A stretch of 26,152 bases of DNA from a virus. Taxonomy: Duplodnaviria; Caudoviricetes. Within the stretch, counting starts at the first letter, position 1; each line of letters begins with the position of its first letter. The translations under genes and the position numbers were made by a program. The notes under the pieces are model-generated. The model made no database searches and was not told the DNA's origin. It was given only the letters and a program-made list of their open reading frames with translations. Shown in pieces: positions 16,794 through 24,856 of this stretch. The DNA lies in IMG/VR virus record IMGVR_UViG_3300002092_000171, positions 1-26,152 of that record. One strand, given 5' to 3'.

Positions 16794-16883
16794 ATGAGTG
16801 AAGAAACGCCAGATGAATTAATACGCAAGCGAGTCATTTTGATGGAAATGGACTTACTAAATGAAAAAGAAGCCCCAGAGTAG
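16794..16883 (+). CDS. Small acidic peptide (29 aa)
   Basis: TAGGAG RBS. Manual translation gives MSEETPDELIRKRVILMEMDLLNEKEAPE. Overlaps the glycosyltransferase start by 23 nt. Confidence 0.55.
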   Translation: MSEETPDELIRKRVILMEMDLLNEKEAPE

Positions 16884-17946
16884 AATAAAGATAGCAACTT
16901 ATGCAATTGCAAAAAACGAATCAAAACATATCAAGCGATGGCTTGAAGGAACAAAAGAATCAGATTACCGAATCGTACTTGATACGGGCTCCACGGATAA
17001 TACCTTGGAACTCTTACGTGAGGCGGACAATATCATTGTCGGGACAACCATTGTATCACCATGGAGATTCGACACGGCTCGTAACCAAGCACTAGCCTTA
17101 ATACCAGAAGACGTAGATGTGTGTCTTATTTTGGATATGGATGAAGTGCCAGAAAAGAATTTTTATCGCAAAGTGCAAAACCAGTGGGTGCGCGGAGCAG
17201 ATAGAGGATGGGTGTTGCTAGATACAGGTTTTGCATGGAAAGTAGATCGGCTTCATAGCCGTCATGGATGGACATGGAAGTGGCCTTGCCACGAAGCTTT
17301 AGTCCGTAAAGATGGTAATGAAGATTATACTTACTGCGACACCACAACAATTATTAAACACCAACCAGATACAACAAAGTCGCGTGGACAATACGAGACA
17401 ATGCTTGAGGATGCTGTCAAGGAAATGCCAGATGATTCACGTATGTGGACCTATCTATGTAGAGAGTACTACTTCCATGAAAAATGGGATAAGGTTTTAG
17501 AAAGTGCTAAAAAGATTCTTAAGCTAGATGGGATGGATTCAGAACTAGCAGCTGTCTGCCGTTGGGCAGGGGATGCGGCAAGAGCCCTTAAACAGCCCTC
17601 TGCTGAGTGGTTTGCTAAAGGTGTGAGTCTTTGCCCAGACCAAGGGGAATCATGGCTAGGAATGGCCTCTGATGCCCTTAGAAGGGGTGATTACGGCCTA
17701 GCCCTAAGCGCAGCTATAGAATGCTTTGAAAAACCTAAGGTTGTTCACTATTTACATGAACCATCTGCTTGGTCATGGAAGTCCTACGACATTGCAGCGC
17801 AAGCTGCTTTTAAGCTAGAAGAGCTGGATGCAGCTATTGCATTTGCTCAAGAAGCCTACCGAGGCAAAGGTCCAGAAACGGACAGAATTAAACGCAACAT
17901 TGAGATGATGATGGGAATCAAAAATGGCATGCGATCACGTACATAA
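16861..17946 (+). CDS. Glycosyltransferase family 2 (GT-A fold) with C-terminal TPR-like helices
   Basis: Motifs IAKNESKHIKRWL, VLDTGSTDNT, FDTARNQAL, DxD-type ILDMDE and CHE. TPR-like segments include PDDSRMWTYLCREYYFHEKW and PDQGESWLGMA. Confidence 0.9.
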   Translation: MKKKPQSRIKIATYAIAKNESKHIKRWLEGTKESDYRIVLDTGSTDNTLELLREADNIIVGTTIVSPWRFDTARNQALALIPEDVDVCLILDMDEVPEKNFYRKVQNQWVRGADRGWVLLDTGFAWKVDRLHSRHGWTWKWPCHEALVRKDGNEDYTYCDTTTIIKHQPDTTKSRGQYETMLEDAVKEMPDDSRMWTYLCREYYFHEKWDKVLESAKKILKLDGMDSELAAVCRWAGDAARALKQPSAEWFAKGVSLCPDQGESWLGMASDALRRGDYGLALSAAIECFEKPKVVHYLHEPSAWSWKSYDIAAQAAFKLEELDAAIAFAQEAYRGKGPETDRIKRNIEMMMGIKNGMRSRT

Positions 17947-18364
17947 GGTTAAAGAGTGGGGACTGGATAGAGACAATGGGTTCGCTACTATCGTTTTGGA
18001 ATATGGTTGCACCAAGTGCGAAACAGTCTGGGATAAACTTCCCCAACGAGAAGAAGACGAGTCAAGTCACAATCACGAAGAATTTGTCTGGGGTTGTTTT
18101 GCCTGTAAAATAGCAACACTCCAAATGAATACTGGCGATGCTGGCAGGCCTGACACTATCACAAACAAGCAATTGAATAGCGAGTTGTATGCCTACAAAG
18201 AAGCAAGACGACAAGGCATTCAACCAGAAGGCACCACCAAGAAACAGATCGAAGCTGCGCTTAAGGCAAGCGAGACTCTTGGTACCGCATATAATGCGGA
18301 GACTATGGGAGCCTCAAACAAGATTACCAAAAAAGCAGTTAAAAAAGTAAAGGAGCAAAAATGA
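17924..18364 (+). CDS. Hypothetical protein with two putative Zn-binding motifs
   Basis: CDHVH...CTKC and HNH...CFAC, with a basic C-terminus. Confidence 0.75.
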   Translation: MACDHVHKVKEWGLDRDNGFATIVLEYGCTKCETVWDKLPQREEDESSHNHEEFVWGCFACKIATLQMNTGDAGRPDTITNKQLNSELYAYKEARRQGIQPEGTTKKQIEAALKASETLGTAYNAETMGASNKITKKAVKKVKEQK

Positions 18365-18516
18365 AGAAACATCCAGGATTTGCAAAGGTGCAAGCATCTA
18401 TTGCAAAAAAAGAAGGAGTGTCTACAAAAGCAGCGGGAGCTATTCTAGCATCTGCTACACGTAAAGCATCTCCAGCAGCCAAGAAAGCCAACCCTAAACT
18501 AAAGAAGGTGAAATAA
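18361..18516 (+). CDS. Small highly basic protein (51 aa)
   Basis: AAGGAG RBS and ATGA overlap. Manual translation gives MKKHPGFAKVQASIAKKEGVSTKAAGAILASATRKASPAAKKANPKLKKVK. Confidence 0.8.
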   Translation: MKKHPGFAKVQASIAKKEGVSTKAAGAILASATRKASPAAKKANPKLKKVK

Positions 18517-18641
18517 TGTGTAAAGAATGCGGATGCGATAAGACACTTATCGGCAATGTAGAAGGACATCTTTCAGGTCGCCCAAGCGATCCATACGGTT
18601 CATACGAAGGTGTCGGCGGCACTAACAAGGGCTCAAAGTAA
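18516..18641 (+). CDS. Micro-protein (41 aa) with N-terminal CxxCGC motif
   Basis: TAATG-coupled with AAGGTG RBS. Manual translation gives MCKECGCDKTLIGNVEGHLSGRPSDPYGSYEGVGGTNKGSK. Confidence 0.7.
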   Translation: MCKECGCDKTLIGNVEGHLSGRPSDPYGSYEGVGGTNKGSK

Positions 18642-18661
18642 CTTTTAGAAAAGGATAGGCG

Positions 18662-19033
18662 ATGACAGTTTACGGTACATACACGCGCATGGGTGAGACA
18701 TATAACCAATATGGTCGCAATGGCTCAACTATCGCTGACGAATTTAATCGCCTAGCTAACGGTGGTGAGTATCCAAATGTTAAAGATTACATCGGCGTAG
18801 CTGCTGCAATCAACAAATGGAAGTCATACCCAAACAGCACTGGTATTATGGCTGCGCTTAACAATGCTGCTGGCTATACTACAGACCCAAAAAAATATTT
18901 AGATTTTATTCAAATAATTAATTATTACTTGGAAGCTGTCTATCTTGGGGAAACAATAACATTAAATGACCCAAAGCTTAGCCCAGTTAATCTACTTTCA
19001 GCAGTGCAAGCCCTACGATTGATAGCGAGCTAA
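18662..19033 (+). CDS. Hypothetical protein (123 aa), probably virion-associated
   Basis: AAAGGA RBS, abuts the adaptor gene. Confidence 0.78.
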   Translation: MTVYGTYTRMGETYNQYGRNGSTIADEFNRLANGGEYPNVKDYIGVAAAINKWKSYPNSTGIMAALNNAAGYTTDPKKYLDFIQIINYYLEAVYLGETITLNDPKLSPVNLLSAVQALRLIAS

Positions 19034-19034
19034 A

Positions 19035-19928
19035 ATGACAACATTAATTGATCTGGTCAACGAGACCCATCTTTTACTCTCTGGCTATACGCAACGCCAA
19101 GACCAAGCTACTTCTTTAGTGAATTCTATGTCAGCGACAGATTATTCATTTGTAATCCAAAGCGGAAACGTTATTTCGCGTGGTATTGTCGAAATTGATG
19201 ATGAGCTTATATGGATAGACAGTTTTGATAAAACATCAAATATTGCAACCGTTGCTCCTTACGGGCGTGGCTTCAGAGGCACAACTGCTGCAGCGCATAC
19301 TGCAGGCAGTCGAGTTACCATCGCTCCCGTGTTTCCTCGGTCAGCCATTGAGCGTAATATTAATGCTTCTATTGACGCTGTCTATCCAGATCTATATGGA
19401 ACAACATCAACAACGTTTCAATATTCAGCTGCACGCACAACATATCCGCTCCCCGCAGAATGTATTGACATTATGGGTCTTTCGTGGCAGTCTATTGGAC
19501 CTTCTCGTGAATGGTTACCAATCCGTCATTACCGCGTAGACCGTACAGCAGATCCAGCCACATGGGGTGGTTCTCGCACAATTAGTATTGGTGATGGAAT
19601 TATTCCAGGCAGAACTATAACAGTTCGTTATACAGTTAAACCACCAACGCTTAACAACCTTACAGATGTATTTGAAAACGTTACAGGGCTGCCTTCTTCT
19701 GCGCGAGAAGTTATTATTCTTGGAGCAGCCTATCGTATGGCTGTATATTTGGACCTTGGTCGTGTACCAGCAACGACAGCAGAAGCTTCAGCAATGGGAA
19801 CAACCAATCCTGTTGGTGGCGCTGCTAACCTTTCACGCATGCTTAAGCAAATGTATAATGACAGACTACTTATTGAAATACGTCGTCAGCAAGAACTATT
19901 TCCACCACGCGTCCACATCTCACGATAA
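19035..19928 (+). CDS. Putative head-to-tail adaptor (tail tubular protein A-like) with inserted beta domain
   Basis: N-terminal helix MTTLIDLVNETHLLL, second helix AIERNINASID, YPLP motif, VRYT strand and EVIILGAAYR helix match the podoviral adaptor layout. Position before fibre and nozzle agrees. Confidence 0.65.
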   Translation: MTTLIDLVNETHLLLSGYTQRQDQATSLVNSMSATDYSFVIQSGNVISRGIVEIDDELIWIDSFDKTSNIATVAPYGRGFRGTTAAAHTAGSRVTIAPVFPRSAIERNINASIDAVYPDLYGTTSTTFQYSAARTTYPLPAECIDIMGLSWQSIGPSREWLPIRHYRVDRTADPATWGGSRTISIGDGIIPGRTITVRYTVKPPTLNNLTDVFENVTGLPSSAREVIILGAAYRMAVYLDLGRVPATTAEASAMGTTNPVGGAANLSRMLKQMYNDRLLIEIRRQQELFPPRVHISR

Positions 19929-19936
19929 GGTAAAAC

Positions 19937-21166
19937 ATGACACGCTATTATTCAGCCATTGCGCAAGACACAACATTGTCCGTACCTATCACTTCAGGAA
20001 CAACAAGTTTTGCTGTAGCGGCAACTACCGGTTGGCCAACCCAGTATCCATTTACCATTGCTATTGATTATAACAATGGATTAGAAGAGCTTGTTGACGT
20101 AACTGCCATTTCTGGTTTAACTTTAACAGTGACAAGAGGTTCCGACGGTAGTACTGCTGTTGCTCACAACGTAGGTGCCGTAGTTAGACACGTAATTACA
20201 GCAAGAGATCTAAGAGAGACGCAAACTCATATAGCTGCATCTACTGGAGTGCACGGAGCCACTTCTGCTGTTGTTGGTAAAGACGACACTCAAACTCTTA
20301 CCAATAAAACAATTTCAGGTGCATCTAATACAATTACAAATATTGCCTCATCTAGCTTGTCCGGCTTGGGAACCAATGTTGCAACTTGGCTTGCTACGCC
20401 AACATCTGCAAATCTTATTGCATCAGTAACAGATGAGACAGGTAGCGGTTCATTAGTTTTTGGAACCAGCCCAACCATTGCTTCACCAGTGATTACGGGA
20501 ACAATTACCGCGGGTGGGGGAGTTGGAACATCCGGTCAAATCCTTTCTTCAACTGGATCTGGGATCCAATGGGCAAATGCTGCCGCTGGATATTCAGCCC
20601 CAACAATTGGTTCTACATCTATCACTTCTGGTGGAACTTTTACCACTCTTCCCGGTGTCACGTCTGTCAATGGAACAACAATTCCATCAAGCGTAACTCT
20701 CGTAAAAACAACAGACAAACTTAATGTGCACGCGGCGACATCATCTTCTGAACTTGCTGGAATTATTTCCGATGAAACCGGCTCAGGTTCATTAGTCTTT
20801 GGGACAAGCCCAACTATCGTAACCCCCATTATTACCCAAAGCCTTGTAACTCCAACTTTTACCTCAAATGCGTATACCCTTCAAGCAACAGACGCTAGTG
20901 CTTTGTTGCTTGCATCAAATAGTACAACAGCTGGAACAATTTATGTTCCTACAGATGCTACTACAAACTTTGCTATTGGTACAACAATTAATATCCAGCA
21001 GACAAACACTGGACAAATTACAATTACAGCAACAACTTCTGGGACAACGACGCTTACTTCTACAGGTGCTACTGCTGCATCACCCAAACTTCGCACGCGT
21101 TATTCTTCCGCAACGCTTGTTAAGACAGCAGCAAATACATGGACTATCCTAGGAGATATAGCTTAA
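19937..21166 (+). CDS. Tail fibre protein
   Basis: Thr/Ser/Gly-rich with QTLTNKTI and GTSGQILSSTGSGIQW fibre motifs. Two DETGSGSLVFGTSPTI repeats and a C-terminal SATLVKTAANTWTILGDIA module. Confidence 0.8.
   Translation: MTRYYSAIAQDTTLSVPITSGTTSFAVAATTGWPTQYPFTIAIDYNNGLEELVDVTAISGLTLTVTRGSDGSTAVAHNVGAVVRHVITARDLRETQTHIAASTGVHGATSAVVGKDDTQTLTNKTISGASNTITNIASSSLSGLGTNVATWLATPTSANLIASVTDETGSGSLVFGTSPTIASPVITGTITAGGGVGTSGQILSSTGSGIQWANAAAGYSAPTIGSTSITSGGTFTTLPGVTSVNGTTIPSSVTLVKTTDKLNVHAATSSSELAGIISDETGSGSLVFGTSPTIVTPIITQSLVTPTFTSNAYTLQATDASALLLASNSTTAGTIYVPTDATTNFAIGTTINIQQTNTGQITITATTSGTTTLTSTGATAASPKLRTRYSSATLVKTAANTWTILGDIA
20432..20818 (+). repeat. Internal protein-level duplication in the tail fibre (DETGSGSLVFGTSPTI, two copies)
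   Basis: Copies start at 20432 and 20771. They share 16 identical residues while synonymous positions have diverged. Confidence 0.85.
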
Positions 21167-22114
21167 ATGTGGCTAATAGGTACAATAGCATCTAGCATAG
21201 CCAAAGCTATTTCAGATTTGTTCAATAGAACGACTTCTGGTTCTTTGGGAAGTGCTGATACCGGGCAAACATGGCAAGCAACTCGCGGCGTATGGTCTGC
21301 AAATGGAACACAAGCGGTTAGCACAGATACTGCATCAACATATCCCCTTGCATCTCTTCCGCTAGCAGCAAACGCTACTGTTTCAGCAACCGTATCCGAA
21401 GGCACTGGTGTTGCTTATTGGGTATCTGATAATAACAATTGGTATGCCACCGTAGCATATCATACTCAATCAACTTATTCTTGCGGTTGTGGTACTTGTT
21501 GCAATAGCTGTGCAAATTCAAGTTGCGGCTGTGCAACATATGCTTCATGCGTTAATTCAAATTGTACTTGCGCCAGTTATGCTACTTGTACATATCAAAG
21601 TGGTGGAACATGCAGTTCTGGCTATTATTGCGGAGGAACATGTTGGTCAAGTCCTGGCTGTACTGGATCTGTTGTAGGAAGTGCTACTCCCGTATATACA
21701 ACTGGCCAAAACTCTGCCTGTGGTTGCGGGACATACAACTCTTGCGTAGACTCAAGTTGCGGTTGCGCGACATATAATTCTTGTGCAAGTTGTGCAAACT
21801 GCGGAAGTTACTCTTGTGGCTGCTCTACATGCACTTCTGATGCATATGCAATGCGTACACTTAAAAGCGTCGCCGGCACCGTAAGCACTGTTATTAGCGA
21901 TTTTGCATTAACAGCATTACCGGTAGCAATTAAAGTAGTAACATCTGGCACAACAATTAATGAATATGCTTATTCTGATTCAAACATGGCAACCCTATTA
22001 AATTCTACAACAGCTTCGCCAACTTCACCAACATTGGGAACAAACGTTGGTATAATTAAAACGCCAGCTGCTGTAACACAGGGAACAACAGTAGATAATT
22101 TTTCTGCTAACTAA
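21167..22114 (+). CDS. Putative fibre-tip / receptor-binding protein: beta-sandwich-like domain with a 26-Cys insertion
   Basis: Starts immediately after the fibre stop. Hydrophobic LIGTIASS N-terminus, DLFNR...LG...TGQTW...GVW start and VDNFSA end are typical of lectin-like beta sandwiches. Residues 106-222 contain 26 Cys. Confidence 0.65.
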   Translation: MWLIGTIASSIAKAISDLFNRTTSGSLGSADTGQTWQATRGVWSANGTQAVSTDTASTYPLASLPLAANATVSATVSEGTGVAYWVSDNNNWYATVAYHTQSTYSCGCGTCCNSCANSSCGCATYASCVNSNCTCASYATCTYQSGGTCSSGYYCGGTCWSSPGCTGSVVGSATPVYTTGQNSACGCGTYNSCVDSSCGCATYNSCASCANCGSYSCGCSTCTSDAYAMRTLKSVAGTVSTVISDFALTALPVAIKVVTSGTTINEYAYSDSNMATLLNSTTASPTSPTLGTNVGIIKTPAAVTQGTTVDNFSAN

Positions 22115-22122
22115 GGAGTGGG

Positions 22123-22371
22123 ATGATGGATCCATTTGAAAGACCAGCAAGACCCTGGGATTTGTTCAACAAAAACCTAGGCAGAGTTGAAACAGTCGTT
22201 GCAGAAGAGCGCTATGCTATTTGCAAAGAATGCCCATTTTTATTGCCTACTGGCAACTGCAGCAAATGTGGGTGCTTTATGTCTCAAAAAGTAAAACTAC
22301 CTAACGCGGAGTGCCCTGAGCATAAATGGGGTAAAGTTCGCGTTTCATTTAAGGAGGAAAACAATGAATAA
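22123..22371 (+). CDS. Small Cys-rich protein (CxxC-x7-CxxCGC-x12-CPxxKW), DUF6171-like by recollection
   Basis: AAGGAG RBS. ERYAICKECPFLLPTGNCSKCGCFMSQKVKLPNAECPEHKW. The family name needs Pfam confirmation. Confidence 0.75.
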   Translation: MMDPFERPARPWDLFNKNLGRVETVVAEERYAICKECPFLLPTGNCSKCGCFMSQKVKLPNAECPEHKWGKVRVSFKEENNE

Positions 22372-22627
22372 CCAACAACTACCACCAATGAAAATTGCAT
22401 TTATTCTTGACGGGAAAGTCCAAGATATTATTCATACCGAGGACAGAATGGCCGCGATGCTTTTAAGCCAGCCAGTAATCGTTGATGTAACAAGTTATTA
22501 CCAAGACAAGCCAGAACTTTTTAATGTTATTGGTTGGGACTGGGACGGAGAAAAACTTAACGATAGCGGAATTCAAGTCATGGAAACACAGGCTGTACAG
22601 CCAGACACAACAACACCACAAAATTAA
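22364..22627 (+). CDS. Hypothetical protein (87 aa), possible fibre assembly factor
   Basis: AAGGAGG RBS. KIAFILDGKVQDII...IGWDWDGEKL resembles small fibre-associated proteins. Function is inferred. Confidence 0.7.
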   Translation: MNNQQLPPMKIAFILDGKVQDIIHTEDRMAAMLLSQPVIVDVTSYYQDKPELFNVIGWDWDGEKLNDSGIQVMETQAVQPDTTTPQN

Positions 22628-22643
22628 TTTTTAAGGAGATAAA

Positions 22644-24845
22644 ATGGCGCTAGACGGATTTGCTCATATTGCAGAACGCCCAGTAGACCCTGTTGGCCAA
22701 CCCAACTCATCTGGTCTTACATGGGTCAATAGCGACATTTCTTATGACGTTGCCATTGGCGGTGTTCCTTTCATGCTTGGAGTTAATGATAAGTTTCCAT
22801 ATAAGCGTGCTACTGCAGAATACCGTAAGCAACAACTTGATGTCCAGAAAGAACCAGGCGAACAGACTATTACAGGTTGGTGGCTTCGCTCGCAGTCTTC
22901 TTTTCATTATGGTGCTGGTGCTCGCTATCAAGAACCTATCTCCGGCGAACACGCTCAATACATGTTTCACAAATCAGCTGGCGTTGAAGTGTTTAATACC
23001 GGACGCGTCACGTTACTTCCTGATGTAACAAAAATTCAAACTGTGGCTAATTCACCAGTTATTGTTTCAGCCCAATACAATGGAACAGATTTAGTATTTT
23101 TCAAGGATGGTTCCACCTTATACCGCTCAGACGGAACAACAACAACAACTGTCACATGGGGTGGTTCTGGAACCATTCTTGATATTACTTGTGACGGTAA
23201 TTATTATTATGTAGTTAATGCTACGGGCATCTATCGTGGTTTACTTGATGGAACATCTGGCTCATTAATATTTACCAACCCCGCAACAGCAACCTCAGCA
23301 AAGCTAGGCTACGCTAAGCAGCGTGTTATTGCTGGCATCAACAACTCAATCTATGAAGTTGTGCCTATTTCAACTCTTAATATTGTTGCTGGAAACCTAG
23401 TCAGCAATGTTGCTACATTAAAAACCTCTGTAGCCCACAACTACAATATTGGCTACCAGATTACTATTGCTGGCACTGGCACACCATTCAACGGAACATT
23501 TGTTGTTACATCTATTCCTTCTGCTACTGAATTTACCTATGCTCACAACTATACAGATCAACAGTACTCCAACTCCCTAAGCGGAACAGCAACTCTTGTT
23601 GCAAATAACAACCTGCCGATCTACACCCACCCTTCTAGCACATGGAAGTGGACAGGCGTAGCAGATGGCCCTAACGCTATCTATGTCGCTGGCTACGCTG
23701 GCGTATCAGGTTCTATCTTCCGCCTAGCCCTGGACGTAGCGGGCGCAGTACCTTTGCTTAACAAAGCGCTCACAGCGGCTGAAATGCCTGCTGGAGAATA
23801 CGTGACGGCTCTTGGATCCTACCTTGGCAAGTACCTTGTCATAGGAACCAACAAGGGCGTGCGCGTGGGGCAGATTGATACCTCTGGCTGGCTGTCATCT
23901 GGTTATATTACCTATGGTCCATTGTCTTTTGTCACAAGCGGCTTTGACCCCGTATCAGCAACAACCCTTTCTGGTTCTGCCGTAACAAGCGTAACATTCC
24001 AAGACCGTTTTGCTTATTGCACCGTAACCAATTATATTGACAATGGTGACGGAACAAAGTGTTCCGGCCTCGTAAAAATTGATCTTTCAAAAGAAGTAAA
24101 CCCAAATCAATTTGGATACGCAACCAACCTTAGGTTAGCGACTTCTGTTTCAGCATGCACTTCTGTTGCAAATCTTGGAACAAGCAATACGCTTGTGTTT
24201 GCAATTGCAGGCGATGGAGTTTACAAGCAGGCTTCAACTCTTGTAACCAGCGGATATATTCAAACTGGTCAAATTCGTTATTTTACTTTAGAAGATAAAC
24301 ACTTTGAGCTTTTGAAAATTAGAATGCTTCCTGGGCAGCAAGGAACAATGTCGACTTATACAGTAAAGTCTGACCAAAGCGAAATATCTATTATTACTAC
24401 TGGTGGAGATTTTGACTATACGCAAGACCTTACAGCAATCGATACCCTTGATACATCGCCACAACAATCAATTGCTTTAAAATTTACTTTTGCTCCAAAG
24501 TCTGGTCAAGCTGTAGGCGCAGAAGATATTTTTATTGGTTACCAGCTTAAGGCGGTTCCCTCCGTTAAGCGTCAACGCCTTATTACATTTCCATTGATGA
24601 ATTTTGATTTCATGGAAGACCGCTACAATATGGCTACCGGTTACTTGGGGAGAGCTGCAGAAAGATTAGCGACCCTAGAAGCTATAGAGTCAGATGGCGA
24701 CGTTATTATTATTCAAGATTTTACAAACAATGAAACTATCCGTGGAATCATTGAAGAACAACAATTTGTCCGTATGACAGCGCCTGATAGAGCCTTTAAT
24801 GGTGATGGCGGAATGATTTACTGCACTATCCGTACCGTCTCGTAA
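22644..24845 (+). CDS. Putative tail nozzle (tail tubular protein B-like, beta-propeller-like)
   Basis: 733 aa with AAGGAG RBS. Beta-rich repeats such as ILDITCDGNYYYVVNATGIY and YVTALGSYLGKYLVIGTNKGVRV. Size and position match podoviral nozzles. Confidence 0.65.
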   Translation: MALDGFAHIAERPVDPVGQPNSSGLTWVNSDISYDVAIGGVPFMLGVNDKFPYKRATAEYRKQQLDVQKEPGEQTITGWWLRSQSSFHYGAGARYQEPISGEHAQYMFHKSAGVEVFNTGRVTLLPDVTKIQTVANSPVIVSAQYNGTDLVFFKDGSTLYRSDGTTTTTVTWGGSGTILDITCDGNYYYVVNATGIYRGLLDGTSGSLIFTNPATATSAKLGYAKQRVIAGINNSIYEVVPISTLNIVAGNLVSNVATLKTSVAHNYNIGYQITIAGTGTPFNGTFVVTSIPSATEFTYAHNYTDQQYSNSLSGTATLVANNNLPIYTHPSSTWKWTGVADGPNAIYVAGYAGVSGSIFRLALDVAGAVPLLNKALTAAEMPAGEYVTALGSYLGKYLVIGTNKGVRVGQIDTSGWLSSGYITYGPLSFVTSGFDPVSATTLSGSAVTSVTFQDRFAYCTVTNYIDNGDGTKCSGLVKIDLSKEVNPNQFGYATNLRLATSVSACTSVANLGTSNTLVFAIAGDGVYKQASTLVTSGYIQTGQIRYFTLEDKHFELLKIRMLPGQQGTMSTYTVKSDQSEISIITTGGDFDYTQDLTAIDTLDTSPQQSIALKFTFAPKSGQAVGAEDIFIGYQLKAVPSVKRQRLITFPLMNFDFMEDRYNMATGYLGRAAERLATLEAIESDGDVIIIQDFTNNETIRGIIEEQQFVRMTAPDRAFNGDGGMIYCTIRTVS

Positions 24846-24856
24846 AGGAGCCAGAC

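Noticed and set aside
20432-21832. Diversity-generating retroelement template/variable repeat pair
   Set aside because: Differences between repeats are mostly synonymous and not adenine-specific, and there is no reverse transcriptase in the window.
21476-21832. RiPP (glycocin or ranthipeptide) precursor for the SunS-like enzyme
   Set aside because: The Cys-rich stretch is internal to a 315-aa structural-type protein, with no leader peptide, peptidase/transporter or radical SAM gene nearby.
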